Made by a program: the position numbers and the translations under genes. The notes under the pieces are model-generated. The model did not search any database and had not been told where the DNA came from. It worked only from the letters and a program-made list of their open reading frames with translations. Positions 16,112-25,692 of a stretch of 47,234 bases of DNA are shown one piece after another (within the stretch, counting starts at the first letter, position 1; every line of letters begins with the position of its first letter). Source of the DNA: a virus; the IMG/VR virus record IMGVR_UViG_3300027765_000001, positions 1-47,234 of that record, one strand, 5' to 3'.

Positions 16112-17931
16112 CGTTCACTCGGATAGCACAGGGCGTCCCGAACTGGGACGGCCCGCTCAATGACGCCCTCCAGGACCTCCAGGACCAGGAGACGGCGCAC
16201 ATCGCTGCCGCGGACCCGCACGGGGACCGCGCCTACGCGGACACGCACATCGCCGGAGGCGTGCTCAGCGGCTCCGCCGCGGCCGGCAAGGCCATCGGCG
16301 CCACGGGCGCCTCTGCGCTGTCCTGGATGAACACCATGGGCACAGGCCCCTGGATCTTCAACGTCCAGGCGTACGGCGCCAAGGGTGACGGCAAGTGCGT
16401 GACCGACGGAGTCATGACCTCCGGCTCCGCCACGCTCACCTCCGCCACGGCGGCCTTCACGATGGCCGATGTGGGCAAGGTCGTCATGGTCAAGGGTGCC
16501 GCCGCGACCGGCGTCACCACGCTGACGACCACGATCCAGGCGTACACCAACGCCACCACGGTGACGCTGGCGGTCAGCGCCGGCACGACCGTGTCCGGCG
16601 CCACGGTCATGTGGGGCACCGACGACACGGCCGCCGTCCAGGCGGCCATCAACGCCGCCTGCTCGTGGGCGTCGGCGAACTCGGGTATGACCACGGTCTT
16701 CGTGCCGCCGGCCTCGGGCTTCTACGCCATCGGCGGAAGCCTGGTCACAGGCGGCAGCACGCTGGGCAATGCCCAGCTCACGCTGCCCGTGGTCGCCACC
16801 ACGGGCAAGAAGGTCTGCCTGACCATCCAGGGCAGCGCCTCGGGCGCTGCGGTGCAGCACTGGCAGCAGACGGTGCCGCAGTACAGCGGCGCCCTGGTGA
16901 GCTTCGGGGTCTTCTCCTCCATCGGCGGCCAGACCGCCAGCATCAACGCAGGGGGTAACCCCTGCGTCATCGGCGGCCCGGCGCAGCCGGGCGGCTACGG
17001 GATCAGCCCCGGCGTCTACAGCAACATGCTCATCACGCTGCGGGACCTGTCGATCCTGACGGCGTACAGCTCCTACGGGCTGACGTACTCCGCGTTCGAC
17101 TTCAGCGGCGTGGCCAACGCCGCCCTGGAGAACGTGGGCTACGGCACAACAGGCAACGTGCCCGGCAACGACTTCGCCTCGGTGAACGGCTTCGCCAACG
17201 GCCTGAGCATCGGCGGACTGCTGCCCGCCAACGGCAACAACGACCTGACGTACGTCAGGAACGTGACCGTGCACGGCGGCTACACCTATGGCCTGTTCGC
17301 CACGGAGCACACCGTGGCGGACCGTCTGACGATCCTGTACTGCTGGTCCGGGTTCTGCGCCGTGGGCCTCTACAACAGCTCCGTAGGAGCCACGCACGGG
17401 ATCTCGGTCAATCAGCTCTCGATCGAGGCGTGCACCAACAATCTCTACATCATCGGCGCCGGCTCCAACGGCGTGGGTCCGTTCATCGACATCGCCCAGA
17501 TGGACACCGAGACCAGTGCCCCCACGTTCGCGGACAACAACTCGGGCACTGGCCTTGCCAGTGCGCTGGGCACGATCCGCCTGACGGGCCTGTATACGGC
17601 CGCCAACATCTCGACGGGCGGCCTGCCGACCGGGCTCCAGATCATCGACGGCCAGAACCCGAGCGGTGTCCGCTCGGTGTCGTCCACGGCTTCGGTCCGC
17701 CTGACGGACCGGGTGATCCTGGGCAACACGACCAGCGCGGGCTTCACGGTCACGCTGCTGTCGGCCGTGGCCAACCAGGTGCCCGTCACGATCCGGAACA
17801 CCGGATCGGCCAATACGCTGACGGTGGCCGCTGCGGGCGCCCAGACCATCGACGGCTCCGCCACCAAGGCACTGACCGCCGGGCAGTCGGCCCGGCTGGT
17901 CTCCAACGGCTCCAACTGGTTCACGGTCTGA
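16108..17931 (+). CDS. Tailspike / depolymerase-like protein with pectate-lyase-type beta-helix
   Basis: ATGA-coupled internal start of track ORF 15493..17931. FNVQAYGAKGDGKCVTDG...DDTAAVQAAINAA matches the pectate_lyase_3 N-terminal signature. The rest is G/T/A/S-rich and repetitive. Confidence 0.7.
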   Translation: MTFTRIAQGVPNWDGPLNDALQDLQDQETAHIAAADPHGDRAYADTHIAGGVLSGSAAAGKAIGATGASALSWMNTMGTGPWIFNVQAYGAKGDGKCVTDGVMTSGSATLTSATAAFTMADVGKVVMVKGAAATGVTTLTTTIQAYTNATTVTLAVSAGTTVSGATVMWGTDDTAAVQAAINAACSWASANSGMTTVFVPPASGFYAIGGSLVTGGSTLGNAQLTLPVVATTGKKVCLTIQGSASGAAVQHWQQTVPQYSGALVSFGVFSSIGGQTASINAGGNPCVIGGPAQPGGYGISPGVYSNMLITLRDLSILTAYSSYGLTYSAFDFSGVANAALENVGYGTTGNVPGNDFASVNGFANGLSIGGLLPANGNNDLTYVRNVTVHGGYTYGLFATEHTVADRLTILYCWSGFCAVGLYNSSVGATHGISVNQLSIEACTNNLYIIGAGSNGVGPFIDIAQMDTETSAPTFADNNSGTGLASALGTIRLTGLYTAANISTGGLPTGLQIIDGQNPSGVRSVSSTASVRLTDRVILGNTTSAGFTVTLLSAVANQVPVTIRNTGSANTLTVAAAGAQTIDGSATKALTAGQSARLVSNGSNWFTV

Positions 17932-17941
17932 GGAGGCCGAC

Positions 17942-18118
17942 GTGATCGACAACGAGTACGTCACCGGAGACGGCGGCAACCACAACCTGGTCAACCAGGA
18001 CGAAGCGCTGATCCTGAACCGCTGCAACGACATGCCCGCCGTCCCGGTGGGCTACCAGGAGGACGACTCCTACGTGGTGGGCGTCTTCCGTCGCAGTGAC
18101 GACGTAGCGGGGTCCTGA
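17942..18118 (+). CDS. Hypothetical small protein (58 aa)
   Basis: GAGGAGG SD at 17931-17937 followed by GTG. High GC3. Its stop overlaps the next ATG. Below the track length cut-off. Confidence 0.5.
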   Translation: MIDNEYVTGDGGNHNLVNQDEALILNRCNDMPAVPVGYQEDDSYVVGVFRRSDDVAGS

Positions 18119-18399
18119 TGGCCTGCCGCACCGGGTGCAAGACCAAGGACCATCCGTCGTACGACGCCTGCCTGAAGGCGGCGAACACGACCACGTACCT
18201 GGCCAGCCCCTCCAAGGGGCTGGACGGCACGACGCAGAAGAACTGGGACAAGGAGCTGGCCGACTACCGGGAAGCCCGCCGTCAGGGCATCCAGCCCGAC
18301 GGCACCAAGAAGCGCCTGATCGAAGAGGCGGTACGCCTCAGTGACCAGGCCGGCGCGGCCTACGGCCGCGACTTCAGCAAGGCGGACCCGCTGCCGTGA
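18118..18399 (+). CDS. Hypothetical protein
   Basis: Track ORF with TGATG coupling. Confidence 0.55.
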   Translation: MACRTGCKTKDHPSYDACLKAANTTTYLASPSKGLDGTTQKNWDKELADYREARRQGIQPDGTKKRLIEEAVRLSDQAGAAYGRDFSKADPLP

Positions 18400-19301
18400 C
18401 CACGTTCGACGGCTTGCTCAGCCGCATACGCCAGCAGACGCAAGGGTTCACCAAGGACCAGGCGGCCCTGGCCGAGCTGTCCGCGCCCATGGGCGCGAGC
18501 GACACGAGCTTCAGTGTGGACCCGGCCACGGTGACCTCGCTGTCGCGAGGTCTGGCCGAGGTCGATGACGAGCTGATCTACGTCAAGAACTACGACCGGA
18601 CCTCTGGCGTGGTCCAGGTCATGGGCGGCCTGAACGGCCGCGGCGCCGAAGGCACCGTGGCGGCCAGCCACGCCCAGCACGCCCTGATCACGGCGGACCC
18701 GAAATATCCGAGGGCTCGCATGCGCGAGGCCGTCAACGACGTGCTCCAGGCCCTGTATCCGGATCTGGTCGTCTTCGAGACGACCGAGATCACCAACACG
18801 GCCCTGGTGTACGAGTACGCCATGCCGGCGGACGCCCTGGATGTCTGGGCCGTCTCGGACCAGACCATCGGTCCGAGCCAGGTCTGGATGCAGGGGCGGT
18901 TCTACCGCTTCAACCCGACGGCCGACACCACGGCTTTCCCGACGGGCAAGTCCATCCAGCTCTTTGACTCCGTCGTCCCCGGCCGGAGCATGCTGGTCAA
19001 GTACATCAAGGCTCCGAGTCCGCTGGTCAATGGCAGCGACGACTTCGCCACCGTCACCGGCTTGCCGGAGCGGTGTGTGGATCTGGTCATGTGGGGCGCT
19101 TGCGCCCGCCTGATCCCGGCACTGGAGGCCGCACGCCTCCAGCAGACCTCCGTGGAATCCACGGAGCGGGCCAACCTCGTGCCCGTCTCCAGCGCCACCA
19201 AGACGGCGCAGTACTTCCTGGCGATGTATCAGCAGCGCCTCCAGGACGAGCGGCGCCGGATGCTCGAAGAGAACCCTCAGACCCAGTTCTACGGGAGCTG
19301 A
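18396..19301 (+). CDS. Hypothetical structural protein (adaptor/tail-module position)
   Basis: GTGA coupling. 301 aa. Confidence 0.6.
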   Translation: MTTFDGLLSRIRQQTQGFTKDQAALAELSAPMGASDTSFSVDPATVTSLSRGLAEVDDELIYVKNYDRTSGVVQVMGGLNGRGAEGTVAASHAQHALITADPKYPRARMREAVNDVLQALYPDLVVFETTEITNTALVYEYAMPADALDVWAVSDQTIGPSQVWMQGRFYRFNPTADTTAFPTGKSIQLFDSVVPGRSMLVKYIKAPSPLVNGSDDFATVTGLPERCVDLVMWGACARLIPALEAARLQQTSVESTERANLVPVSSATKTAQYFLAMYQQRLQDERRRMLEENPQTQFYGS

Positions 19302-19302
19302 C

Positions 19303-20628
19303 ATGGCCGTGAGCAGGTATTACAGCTCGGTGGCCCAGCCCACCACCCTGACGGGGAACATCTCCGCCGGAGCAACGAGCGTCGGCGTCAGCTCGCCGAC
19401 CGGCTTCCCCACCAGCTACCCGTTCACCGCGGCCATCGACTACGGCACCGCCACCGAGGAGCTGGTGGACGTGACCGCCGCCTCCGGCGGCACGTGGACG
19501 GTAACCCGGGGCGTGGACGGTACGTCCGCGCAGTCCCACGCCATAGGCGCCCCTGTACGCCACGTGACGAGCGCCCGGGACTCCGCCGACTCCCGGTCCC
19601 ACGAGGCCGCCACAGAGGCCGTACACGGCGTTGCGGGCACGCTCGTGGGCACGAGCGATGTCCAGACCCTGGCGAACAAGACGCTGACCGCTCCAGCGGT
19701 CGTCAACCCCGCCATCACGGGCGGGGGATCCCTGGCGGGCACGTTCACGGGCGCGCCCACGTTCTCGGGTCCCGTGGTGCTGTCCGGCACCCCGAACATC
19801 TCCAACGGTGCCGCGATCGGCGGCACGATCACCGGCTCGCCGACCTTCAGCGGGAGCCCGACCTTCTCCGGTGCGCCCGTCTTTACGGGCGGCCCGAGCT
19901 TCACTACCACCAGCGTGCTGTTCCAGCGCGCCAGCGCCGGCCAGACGGCGCTGCGCACGAACTTCACCGGGGACGCCAACGACCGGTTCCAGGTCACTGG
20001 CGAGGGGATCCTCAACTGGGGGCCGGGCAACGCGGCCACGGACACCAAGCTGTACCGCGTGGGTCCGAGCGGCCTGAGGACCGACGGCGATCTCGCCGTG
20101 GGGGGCGCCCTTTCGGTGTCCGGTGACGCCAGCGTCGGCGGCTCCTTCTCCGCCGCCAACATGGCCCTGGGGGCCTGGAGCACCTGGCAGCCGGTCTGGA
20201 CGACCAGCACGGGGCTACACAGCCCCAGCTACGGCAACGCCGTGGTCACCGGAACGTACGCCCGGATGGGCCGGATGCTCGTGTGCAGCCTGGCAATCCA
20301 GTTCGGCACGACCACGAACTTCGGCTCGGGCGCCGGGACCAGCGACAACTGGCTGTTCTCTCTGCCCGCCAGCCTGACGGCCAGCGGGACCTTCGCCGGG
20401 ACGCAGGTCATCTGCGGCTTCGGGCGGGCGACGCAGAGCGCGTCCGCCACGCTGTCCTTCAGCGTGCGCGTCAACAGCGCCGGAACCGGCTTCTCTCTGG
20501 ACTCCGCGGGCGGGCGCCAGGACGGCGCCGCTGTGTCCCCGAGCGGGACCTTGGACTCCATCACGCCCTGGACCTGGGCGAGCGGTGACGTGTTCAGCTT
20601 CTTCGCTGTCGTGGAGACGACGACCTGA
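19303..20628 (+). CDS. Tail fibre-like protein
   Basis: 441 aa with repetitive G/T/S-rich segments (TGSPTFSGSPTFSGAPVFTGGPSF), typical of fibres. Confidence 0.6.
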   Translation: MAVSRYYSSVAQPTTLTGNISAGATSVGVSSPTGFPTSYPFTAAIDYGTATEELVDVTAASGGTWTVTRGVDGTSAQSHAIGAPVRHVTSARDSADSRSHEAATEAVHGVAGTLVGTSDVQTLANKTLTAPAVVNPAITGGGSLAGTFTGAPTFSGPVVLSGTPNISNGAAIGGTITGSPTFSGSPTFSGAPVFTGGPSFTTTSVLFQRASAGQTALRTNFTGDANDRFQVTGEGILNWGPGNAATDTKLYRVGPSGLRTDGDLAVGGALSVSGDASVGGSFSAANMALGAWSTWQPVWTTSTGLHSPSYGNAVVTGTYARMGRMLVCSLAIQFGTTTNFGSGAGTSDNWLFSLPASLTASGTFAGTQVICGFGRATQSASATLSFSVRVNSAGTGFSLDSAGGRQDGAAVSPSGTLDSITPWTWASGDVFSFFAVVETTT

Positions 20629-22568
20629 TGGCCGGCGTCGTCCACGAGATCCCGTATGCGCTGTCGGGCCGTCCCACGGGGACGGGGACGGCCAGCTATG
20701 TGCTGGCCGATATCGACTACGACGTGGCCCTTGCCGACATCCCGTTTCTGCTCGCGGTCAATGACGACCGCTCCATGACCATCGGGCTCGCGCCCACCAA
20801 AAAGGACCAGTTCGACAACAACCGCGAGCCCGGCGAGCAGTCCCTGACCGGCTGGTGGCTGCGCAGCCAGTCCACCTGGATCGGTGGCGAAGGGATGCTG
20901 TACCAGGACCCCGATGAGGTCGGGGCCGCCAACCTCCAGAACAGGCACGCGATCCAGTACGGCCACTCCGTGGGCCTGAACCCCTGGGTCAACGGGCAGC
21001 TCACGCTGCTGCGCAGCACCTCCCAGCGCATCGCCGATGCGTCGGGCAACCAGCACTTCGTGCTGGGCTGGAACGACGGCACGGACCGCTACTGGTCCGC
21101 CGTCGGCAACGTCTTGAAGAGCGACACCGGCTCCGCCACGACCACGATCACGTGGGGCGGAGCCAACACCATTCGCTCGCTCACGAGCGATGGCACGAGC
21201 TACTTCGCCGCCGACAACGTCGGCATCTACAAGGGCGCCGGCAGCGGCGCCGGCACACTGGCCTGGAACACCGGATCCGTGAACACGGTCGTGCGCTGGG
21301 TCAAGGGCCGCCTGATGGCGGGCATCGGACCCAGCATCTACGAGCTGGTGGGCGGTACGCCGCCCACGCTGCCCACGGCGAAGATGACGCATCTGAATGC
21401 GTCGTGGGTGTGGACGGACATCGCGGAGGGCACCAACGCCATCTACGCCTCGGGCTACGCAGGCGCCCAGGGCGCCATCTACAAGTTCGTGCTGGACAGC
21501 TCCGGCTCCGTGCCGACGCTCGCCAGCGGCGGCATCATGACCGCCCAGCTCCCGCTGGGCGAGACCGTCAACTGCCTGACGACGTATCTGGGGACGTTCG
21601 TCGGGATCGGCACCTCACGCGGATTCCGCGTGGGCGAGATCGACTCCAACGGGGACATCTCCTATGGCCCCCTGCTGATCACTATCAGCGGGGGCGTGAA
21701 GTCCGTCGCCGCCTACGACCGCTTCTTCTTCGTAGGCGGCACGAACAGCGTCGACGGCCAGTCCGGCCTCTGGCGCGTGGACCTGGGCCAGATCATCCAG
21801 GACCAGGGATCCACCGCTCCGCGGATGGCGTACGCCACCGACCTCCAGGCCCATGTCACCGGGACGGTGTCCTCGGTGACCAACTTCGGGAACAGCGACC
21901 GCATGGTCTTCGCGGTCGTCGGTCAGGGCTCGTACCTGGAATCGGCCTCCGAGCTGGAGGCCAGCGGGTACTTCACCACCGGCCGTGTGCGGTACAACAC
22001 CCTGGAACCGAAGATCTTCAAGGCCCTGACGGTCCGGACGCCCTTCGACCTGAAGGGCTCCCTGGCCGCCTCGGTCATCGACCCGGGCGGCGGCAGCACG
22101 AGCGTGCTCACTGCTGCCGAAGGCGGCGGAGCCGGGATCTCGGACGTGATCCTGTCCACGCCCTCGGGGCCCGTGGAATGGCTCCAGCTCCGCCTGGACT
22201 TCGCCCGCTCGGCGGGCGATGCCACGCTGGGACCTACGGTCAACGGCTGGCAGTTCAAGGCCATCCCCGGCGTTGTCCAGCAGCGGATCTTCGAGATCCC
22301 GCTGCTGTGCATGGACAAGGAGACCGGCCGCGCCGGCCAGGAGTTCGGGTACGAGGGCATGGCCGCCGAGAGGCTGGCGGCCTTCACCCAGCTCGCCCAG
22401 AGGGGCGATGCCGTGGCGTGGGCCGACCTCGCCTCCGGCGAGTCGGTTCTGGTCTTCATCGACAACTACAAGTTCGAGCAGAAGGCGGCGCCTTCTGCCG
22501 TCTCCGCCGTCTCCGGCGGAGTCCTCTATGTCCAGCTCCGGACCCTCGCGGATGTGATCGAGTCATGA
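20628..22568 (+). CDS. Large tail protein
   Basis: 646 aa. TGATG coupling. Position is in the tail module. No motif recognised. Confidence 0.6.
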   Translation: MAGVVHEIPYALSGRPTGTGTASYVLADIDYDVALADIPFLLAVNDDRSMTIGLAPTKKDQFDNNREPGEQSLTGWWLRSQSTWIGGEGMLYQDPDEVGAANLQNRHAIQYGHSVGLNPWVNGQLTLLRSTSQRIADASGNQHFVLGWNDGTDRYWSAVGNVLKSDTGSATTTITWGGANTIRSLTSDGTSYFAADNVGIYKGAGSGAGTLAWNTGSVNTVVRWVKGRLMAGIGPSIYELVGGTPPTLPTAKMTHLNASWVWTDIAEGTNAIYASGYAGAQGAIYKFVLDSSGSVPTLASGGIMTAQLPLGETVNCLTTYLGTFVGIGTSRGFRVGEIDSNGDISYGPLLITISGGVKSVAAYDRFFFVGGTNSVDGQSGLWRVDLGQIIQDQGSTAPRMAYATDLQAHVTGTVSSVTNFGNSDRMVFAVVGQGSYLESASELEASGYFTTGRVRYNTLEPKIFKALTVRTPFDLKGSLAASVIDPGGGSTSVLTAAEGGGAGISDVILSTPSGPVEWLQLRLDFARSAGDATLGPTVNGWQFKAIPGVVQQRIFEIPLLCMDKETGRAGQEFGYEGMAAERLAAFTQLAQRGDAVAWADLASGESVLVFIDNYKFEQKAAPSAVSAVSGGVLYVQLRTLADVIES

Positions 22569-22801
22569 CGGACTGGCTCCCGCGCGACATCATCGCGCCC
22601 GTCTCCGAGGCCGAGAAGGCCGCTGTGCGGCGCGCTCAGCGCGCCCTGGGGCTCGTCCCTACCGGAGACCTGGACGAGCCCACAAAAGCCTCCCTGCGGG
22701 GCGTACAGCACCTCTTCAGGCAGCCGGTCACAGGAGTCCTGGACCGGGACACAGCGGCGCTCATCGAGCGCCTGGCCAGGGTCTACCCGGAGGATTCCTG
22801 A
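22565..22801 (+). CDS. Stand-alone peptidoglycan-binding domain protein
   Basis: ATGA-coupled internal start of track ORF 21152..22801. VRRAQRALGLVPTGDLDEPTKASLRGVQHLFRQPVTGVLDRDTAALI fits the PG_binding_1 repeat pattern. Confidence 0.6.
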   Translation: MTDWLPRDIIAPVSEAEKAAVRRAQRALGLVPTGDLDEPTKASLRGVQHLFRQPVTGVLDRDTAALIERLARVYPEDS

Positions 22802-22980
22802 TGGACAAGAAGAAGCTGATCGATCTCGGCGAGCGCGCCGGCTGGACCGCCCTCCAGGCGGCCCTCGGTGTCGGCATCGCCGACCTGAGCAGCATCCCGG
22901 TATGGTGGGCCCTCCCCATCGCCACGGCCTTGTCGGCCGTGAAGACCTGGGCCATGGGCCACATGAAGGCGGCCCCGTGA
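22801..22980 (+). CDS. Holin candidate (r1t-like pattern), 59 aa, two TM segments
   Basis: MDKKKLIDLGERAGWTALQAALGVGIADLSSIPVWWALPIATALSAVKTWAMGHMKAAP. Below the track cut-off. TGATG coupling. Confidence 0.6.
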   Translation: MDKKKLIDLGERAGWTALQAALGVGIADLSSIPVWWALPIATALSAVKTWAMGHMKAAP

Positions 22981-23309
22981 CACAGGTTCCCATCCCCGAG
23001 GGGTCGGTGTTCATCACACCGACCCAGATGTATACGCAGCAGGTGGAGACGACAGCAGCAGTGCGGCGCCTGGAGGGCAAGGTGGACACGCTGGTCACCC
23101 AGCTCTCCGCCCAGGCGGAAGAGAAGAACCGGGTCCACTCCGACCACGAGGCCCGGATACGCGAGCTGGAAAGGCATGGCACCCGTGACCACGATCAGCG
23201 CATCACGGAAGTGGAGCGCAAGGTCTGGAAGGCGGCGGGCGTCATCGGCGCCCTGGCCATCGGCTGCTCCGGAGGGCTGATAGCCCTGGTCCAAGCCCTG
23301 GGCCACTGA
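22977..23309 (+). CDS. Coiled-coil protein with C-terminal membrane anchor (lysis-cassette accessory)
   Basis: GTGA-coupled internal start of track ORF 22902..23309. The C-terminus AAGVIGALAIGCSGGLIALVQAL is hydrophobic. Confidence 0.55.
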   Translation: MTQVPIPEGSVFITPTQMYTQQVETTAAVRRLEGKVDTLVTQLSAQAEEKNRVHSDHEARIRELERHGTRDHDQRITEVERKVWKAAGVIGALAIGCSGGLIALVQALGH

Positions 23310-23328
23310 GGGCCCACAAACAGAAAGA

Positions 23329-23356
23329 GAGCCCGGCCCCCGAAGGGGCCGGGCTC
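23329..23356 (+). terminator. Terminator hairpin at the end of the late block
   Basis: GAGCCCGGCCCC-cgaa-GGGGCCGGGCTC, a 12-bp perfect stem followed by CTTGGTGGTG. Confidence 0.7.
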
Positions 23357-23365
23357 CTTGGTGGT

Positions 23366-23382
23366 GACGCCCCTCGGGCGTC
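23366..23382 (-). terminator. Hairpin at the end of the early block
   Basis: GACGCCC-ctc-GGGCGTC, 30 nt downstream of the mazG-like stop on the minus strand. No U-tract. Confidence 0.4.
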
Positions 23383-23412
23383 GGAATGGGCCACGAGGCC
23401 AGAGGGGCGTGA

Positions 23413-23733
23413 TCAGGGGGTCCTGGCCCGTGCGGCGACACGGGCCAGCTTGTCCGCGAAGTGCTCCGCGGGATCGTCGGCGAAGCCGTGCAACGCGACC
23501 ATGGCGGTAATGATCACGTCGCACAGCTCGTCCGCCACGTCAGTGGCGCTGTGCGTGACCCCCTTGCGGGGGTTCTGGCCGATGGTCCCGATGTAGGCGG
23601 AGGCGACCTCGCCGGTCTCCTCCGCGAGCTTGAACAGGCGCAGGGCCCTCTCTTCCGGCCCTGTGCCGTTGACCTTGTCCAGCCATGCCGCCAAGGCGGC
23701 TATGGTCGGCCACGGGCCGTCAGACGCGCTCAT
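23413..23733 (-). CDS. mazG: MazG-like nucleotide pyrophosphohydrolase
   Basis: LFKLAEETGEVASAY...ELCDVIITAM is the EExGE...D pattern of all-alpha NTP-PPases. ATGA coupling. Confidence 0.7.
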   Translation of the reverse strand: MSASDGPWPTIAALAAWLDKVNGTGPEERALRLFKLAEETGEVASAYIGTIGQNPRKGVTHSATDVADELCDVIITAMVALHGFADDPAEHFADKLARVAARARTP

Positions 23734-24047
23734 CCGATCTCCGGCAGGTTCTCCAGGCCGCCGTCCACGGCGTCCTCGTTCCAGCCGTTGACCTTCACGC
23801 CTTCCAGGCGCTCCTCCGTGGCCGCCCTGTCGGCCGGCGTGAAGACGGGCACACCGGGCGCCAGCGGCGCCCTGACGCCGGACGGGAAGGTGAGCGCCGA
23901 AGGCGCCCCGCCCTCCAGCTCCAGCACCCGCTGGAGCTTGGCCATGATGACCTCGGAGTCGTCATCCGGCTGGATGACGACCACGGTCTCCGCCAGGTCG
24001 TCCTCCCACCGGAACTTCACGGGAGTCTTGCTGATCAGTTGGAGCAT
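23730..24047 (-). CDS. Hypothetical protein
   Basis: TGATG-coupled internal start (MLQLISK...) of track ORF 23730..24149. Confidence 0.55.
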   Translation of the reverse strand: MLQLISKTPVKFRWEDDLAETVVVIQPDDDSEVIMAKLQRVLELEGGAPSALTFPSGVRAPLAPGVPVFTPADRAATEERLEGVKVNGWNEDAVDGGLENLPEIG

Positions 24048-24175
24048 CAGTCGCTGTCCTTCTCTTCTCGCTTGATGGCCGCCGCCTTCTCGGCGGCGCG
24101 GGACGGCTGACGCCGTTTCGTGTAGTACCAGGGCACGATCTTGACCCACTTCGAGGGGACGCCCCGGGGGCGCAT
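24047..24175 (-). CDS. Hypothetical basic peptide (42 aa)
   Basis: AAGGAGAG SD. TGATG coupling at both ends. Confidence 0.4.
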   Translation of the reverse strand: MRPRGVPSKWVKIVPWYYTKRRQPSRAAEKAAAIKREEKDSD

Positions 24176-24393
24176 CAGCTCTCCTTGTCGGGGTCGATCA
24201 GGTCGGCGACATGGCCGTACATGAAGCAGGGCACGCATTTGATCTGGTCGTGCCTGTCATGGCGCTGCTTGCGCAGCTTCTCCGCCGCTTCGCGGAGGAC
24301 TTCGTCCCGGAAGTCCCGCGTGCGGCGGTCCACGTGCTCCCTGGCCAGACCTGCGTTCAGCAGGTCCATTGCCAGGGCTCCGCGCGCGCTCAC
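24175..24393 (-). CDS. Hypothetical protein
   Basis: Track ORF with a GTGA-coupled start. Confidence 0.5.
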   Translation of the reverse strand: MSARGALAMDLLNAGLAREHVDRRTRDFRDEVLREAAEKLRKQRHDRHDQIKCVPCFMYGHVADLIDPDKES

Positions 24394-25076
24394 GCGCCCT
24401 CCATGGGTCGGACCTGGCCCATGGCCAGGACGGGCTTGTCGTGGGTGATGACCAGTGCGCCGTCAACGGCGCGCACGGTCGCGTCGCCCGGCAGGGCGAT
24501 CTCGTACTGGGCTCCGCCCTCGATGGCGTACGCCACGGCGTACGGAGGGCGGCGGGGAGGCTCCGGCAGGGGTGTCATTTCACAGAGGCGCTCGAACGCC
24601 TCCAGGCGCCGCCGCGCCTCTTCGTCCTCCGGAGCCTCCGGCTCGATGGGGTACTGGGCGACGGTGTCGTCCCAGTTGAAGGTGCCCCCATTGGGGATGG
24701 GGGCACTGTGCGGGCCCTCGTGCTCCTCGCTCAGAGAGCACAGGAAGCCCTCTCCGGGCTTGTGGAACTGCGCGTGGCAGCGCGGAGCCTTCGGCTCCCC
24801 GGCGGTCTCCGCGTCCTTCGGGACGAAGGCGTGCGCCCAGGCGCTCGTGCACTCCACGCAGGAGCCACCGCCCTCCAGGCCCTCAAGGTGCCGCCTGCGG
24901 GAGTGCCCGCAGCGGCACTTCTTGTCCAGCGATGAGCCCCCGGAGCCCTTCGGCTCCGCCAGGTTGAACCGATGCATGGGATCTTCATGGCTGGCGGCCA
25001 GCCAGCACCGCCGCCCCTGCTCGTTGATGTACGAGCAGCGCGGTCCTTCATTCTCCGAGGAGACGACGGAGCCCAT
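24390..25076 (-). CDS. Hypothetical Cys/His-rich protein (probable metal-binding)
   Basis: 228 aa with CSYINEQGRRC, CRCGHSRRRH, CVEC and further Cys/His clusters. Confidence 0.55.
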   Translation of the reverse strand: MGSVVSSENEGPRCSYINEQGRRCWLAASHEDPMHRFNLAEPKGSGGSSLDKKCRCGHSRRRHLEGLEGGGSCVECTSAWAHAFVPKDAETAGEPKAPRCHAQFHKPGEGFLCSLSEEHEGPHSAPIPNGGTFNWDDTVAQYPIEPEAPEDEEARRRLEAFERLCEMTPLPEPPRRPPYAVAYAIEGGAQYEIALPGDATVRAVDGALVITHDKPVLAMGQVRPMEGA

Positions 25077-25692
25077 CTGGGCCCTCCTTCAGGTACAGCG
25101 AGTTCACGTCCTCGCCTTTCGGTAGGCGTACGGGGATGGCCCGTACGGCCTCGATCAGCTTTTTGTTCAGGCCCTTGCCTGCGTCGTCCGCGTCGCCGAA
25201 GGCGTACACGCGGGTGAAGTCCTGGAAGCACAGGCGGAAGTAGTCCTCCCAGGCGTTCACGCCTGAGACGCCTACGGCGGGGATGCCACAGGCGCTCAGG
25301 GTGATCGTGTCGATCTCCCCTTCGCAGATGCAGATGACATCCCCCGGGGCCTTCAGGTCCCGCACGTTGAACAAGTTCACCGGAAGCCCTTCGGGCTTCA
25401 GGTACTTGCGGTGTCCCTCGACTGCCTTGCAGTCGTGGTCCGCTATGCAGCGGTAGTTGGCGTTCACCACGCCTGCCGGCGTGACGTACGGGATTGAGAG
25501 CCTGCCCGTCAGGGCCTCATGGCCCTGGGCCGGCCGGCGTACGACGCCGAGCCGGAACCGCCGGGCCACTTCGGGGCTGATGCCCCGCTTGGCCAGGTAC
25601 CCCTGGCCCTGGGGGTCCGACTCCAGATCTTCCTGATAGGCGGCCGTGGCCGCCTCCAGGGCCATGCGTTCTTCGATGGACAGGGACCTCAC
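25048..25692 (-). CDS. Toprim-domain primase subunit (DnaG catalytic core-like)
   Basis: ICICEGEIDTITL...VYAFGDADDAGKG is the Toprim E...DxD signature. GAAGGAG SD. GTGA coupling to the zinc-finger ORF. Confidence 0.8.
   Translation of the reverse strand: MRSLSIEERMALEAATAAYQEDLESDPQGQGYLAKRGISPEVARRFRLGVVRRPAQGHEALTGRLSIPYVTPAGVVNANYRCIADHDCKAVEGHRKYLKPEGLPVNLFNVRDLKAPGDVICICEGEIDTITLSACGIPAVGVSGVNAWEDYFRLCFQDFTRVYAFGDADDAGKGLNKKLIEAVRAIPVRLPKGEDVNSLYLKEGPDGLRRLLGE

Noticed and set aside
15493-17931. Over-long same-strand track ORFs with N-terminal extensions. Examples are 15493..17931, 21152..22801, 25689..26618, 27761..29044, 28812..29909, 29129..30202, 35868..37019 and 38137..38982.
   Set aside because: The extensions overlap the preceding, well-supported gene in another frame and read as Arg/Pro/Gly-rich nonsense. 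Internal starts with SD motifs or ATGA/GTGA coupling give sensible proteins.
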